A stretch of 64,000 bases of DNA from Trichosphaerium sp. ATCC 40318 (lineage: Eukaryota; Protista; Tubulinea), in assembly GCA_038496445.1 (NCBI GenBank), contig JALMLS010000371.1, positions 1-64,000 on the forward strand, given 5' to 3'. Both the position numbers and the translations under genes were made by a program. Positions 61,322 through 64,000 of this stretch are shown here, one piece after another. Positions within the stretch are counted from its first letter, which is position 1, and every line of letters begins with the position of its first letter. The notes beneath the pieces are model-generated. The model did not search any database. It had not been told where the DNA came from and worked only from the letters and a program-made list of their open reading frames with translations.

Positions 61322-64000
61322 TTAGTGAGGCTCAGAATGAGCAGCATTTAGTTGCTTTGCAAACGATTTTCCTCTGTATCCTCTTATAATGGTCCTACCA
61401 TTCGCATTTCCACCGGTGTATCTGTACTGTATACCTGTTCCGTCCTTGTTTAACAGAACATAACGAACTCCATCTCCTGTAGGTATCTTCTCCCCAAAGC
61501 GCTTATTCTGGTATCCATTCTCAAGAATAGTAGTAGATTTCGCTGCATAAGGTTGGTAAGAACCGTTATCTTCAAGCCAAAACCATGAACCACGTGCTAC
61601 GACAAAAAATAAGCAAAAGACTTCAAAAACCATTTCCTCGTTTTTTAAATAGAAAGTGTTTTTTACCTATTTGTCTTGTGAACCCTGTACTCTTCCTCTG
61701 TTGTGTCATTGTCTTTAAATTTGCAGTATAACGTCCTCCAACAACCTATGTGAGATTATTAAGAAGAAATTATACTTACAAAACGTACAGTGATAACTAC
61801 TTTGCCTTCTTTGTATCCATCTTCCAACTAAGAAAAAATCAGTTACGACGAAAAAAAAGTTAACGAAGTTGTACCGCTTTGTTGTCAGCTGGTCCATACT
61901 CATTCCATTGGGAGTCATCCTTGTAGAACCAATGAGGTTCAGGAACGTTAATACCTCCTTGAGAAGCGGAACCTTCTTCTTCATCATCGTATTCCTCAGC
62001 GTTAAGGAACTCAATTTTAAAAGCTATTCTGTCCTTATGGATAGCATAACGATTGACGTGCTGCATAATGAGCGCTTCGTAGCTACCAGTAGCAGCAAAG
62101 TACTGTAACGCAAGAGTAGAATCCAAAGGATCGTCAACGTCTGGGTTAAGAAGCAATCCATAAACACAATTCAACACGGTAGTCATAGCAGTGTCGGCTG
62201 TCCAATTTCTATGAAAAAAAGTTAGATAAAAAAACGAGCGAATTTGCTTACCTTGTGAAAATAGAGTGACATATTTTACCTAAAAGTAGGAGGTTAGAGT
62301 AATCGCTCGTGTATATATTATCGCACCGTATTGGTTGACGTTACAATGACGTATTGGTGTAATGAACCTCATTTCAGGAGCAGACATTGGGTAGTCTTCA
62401 GGGAACTGACAGTACAACAAGTACGTTCCATTCTTATATGGTGATGCCTCTGGCGCTTCCATAATAACTCTCCAGAAACCAATATCCTCTTGACAAGGAT
62501 ATATATCGAAAGCAGGATGCTTCGCTAAAACAACACGTCAAAACATGATCCAAAAACTGCAAAGCAAAAAAAAAAAAAAAGTGTTTTCTTGTTCTTACCT
62601 TTCATGAGTTTTGTCAACTCCTTCATTAATCGACGAATACGATTAGTCTCTACTGGCGCATCTTTCTCGGAAGCATTCTTTAAAGTAGTCTCAAGAGTTT
62701 GAACTGGTTTTTTCAAGTTCGTAGGTTGCTTCCTTGCAGGAACACGTGTGTCACTGCACTCATCGAGAGGGAATCTCCAGTTATTTCCGAATTTTAGTAA
62801 ATCTCCTCTATTAGATACAAAATTCTTGATTGCCTCCTAAATAACAAGTGTAAGGCTTTCAGAAAAGGCAGTAAAATGAAAAAATTACCTGATCTGGTCT
62901 CTCATATGAAGTCAATAGAGTTTCAAGCTCATTCAACCTAAGAGCTTGTTTTAAGTTCTCAGGAGCAAAAGCGTAACCGTTACTCGCTTTAGCTATTGCA
63001 CGCAACTATAAAATTCTGTAAGCTCTTTTATTTTGAAGTGGAAGGCAAACTGAAATGTGGAGAAAAAAAAGTCAAAACAATTTGCGTACCTTGACGTTTT
63101 TAGCGCCTTCACCAATCATAATCGCATCCAAAGTAATACGGTTGACCTAAGCAATAGCATGTCAATCAAGAAATTTACAGCTAAAAGTGTACCTGTAAGT
63201 ATTGCGCAACCTTCCATGGAATAGATGAAGACTTTGTGTCTTCACCATCAGTAAGACACATAACACGTAACCTAGCGTTCTTGTGCTTTTTCTTATATGC
63301 AACAAGCTCTTCTCCAGCTTTTTGAATAGCATCCCAAAGCTTGGTTTCACCCTCAGCATCAGCGGAATCAACTTGATCTCTGAATATTTCGTATCTATTC
63401 GGCGAAGGAAAAAAGTCAACAAACATCTTTTGCGATGTAATTTGGTTGGGAAAAAAAAAAGTGTAATTGCACGTACAGAGGTGTTAATTTACACGAGTAA
63501 TCAACATCATTTCCAAAAAGAATTAATCCAATATGATTAGGGTAATCATAAGCTTGAGACCTGTTGATGAAGGCATGGAACAGTTGTTTTACAGTCTCCA
63601 TACGTGTCAAGCGCGCCTCGTTCCTAAAAAATTAAATCAGCCCGCAAACCAGACAACCTGTTGTCTAGTACTCATCGTGTGGTGCTTTCATCTCAATTAC
63701 ACCACCAAGAGGGTATCTACTGATTTTTTGGTTGTCATGGAAGAGAGTACCAGTGTACCATCCATCTCCAATTTTTCTAAGTAAGGGTAAGTTCAAGTGC
63801 ATGTAGGCACTGTGTACCTCATATTGGTCCATAGTGAAAACGATTTTGGTTGGATGAGACCGAGTTTGTGCCAAATTAGTAACTTCAATTCGTATGTCTT
63901 AAAAACAACTAGAGTTAGCTTAACAACCACACTAAGTCACGTACGGTTAAGCTTGTTGATACTGTGACATCAAACATTGTACCATGCATGCTCTTAATCT
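61322..64000 (-). CDS. vWA - ubiquitin-conjugating (E2/UBC) - WWE - WWE protein, 5' part outside the window
   Basis: vWA motifs (IGLILFG, ETKLWDAI, CLTDGED), UBC motifs (SPYKNGTY, FPEDYPMSAPEMRFITPIRHCNVNQYG/KICHSIF, PDVDDPLD) and two WWE-like repeats (WFYKDDSQWNEY, WFWLEDNGSYQPY). Confidence 0.88.

Noticed and set aside
1-64000. tRNA or rRNA genes
   Set aside because: None recognised by eye. A tRNAscan-SE/Infernal run is needed to exclude them.

Overview
This is AT-rich eukaryotic nuclear DNA with dense genes and many introns of about 45-90 bp. A CudA-family transcription factor, a Roco protein and a 7TM-TKL kinase point to an amoebozoan protist, and two U12-like introns suggest it retains a minor spliceosome. 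The window has three zones. (1) 1-12.2 kb is a gene-free nest of non-autonomous TIR DNA transposons. Four related families share termini CAGnnnTGRAATYGG, each has its own subterminal repeat, and 2-bp target duplications are verified against empty sites. They are mixed with decayed hAT-like transposase, LINE and kinase fragments, and positions 1-7028 form a near-perfect 2.9-kb-arm inverted duplication. (2) 12.4-56.7 kb and 61.3-64 kb hold about 22 protein genes: MFSD5, WD40, DEGS1, INTS9 with an antisense GATA-PHD gene nested in its 2-kb intron, an MRH-like protein, PITP, CudA-like, BRK1, kinases, F-box proteins, SLC43-like, a cation/Ca exchanger, SppA, START, MORN, Roco and vWA-UBC-WWE. (3) About 57.7-60.7 kb is a ~3-kb non-coding locus built from repeated RNA-structure modules: covarying hairpins, AGUA/GAA loop-E motifs, multi-helix junctions and a tandem hairpin array, mostly reading on the minus strand. 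It is the best candidate for an undescribed system (a modular structured lncRNA or ncRNA polycistron). All calls and exon boundaries were made by eye, with no database search.
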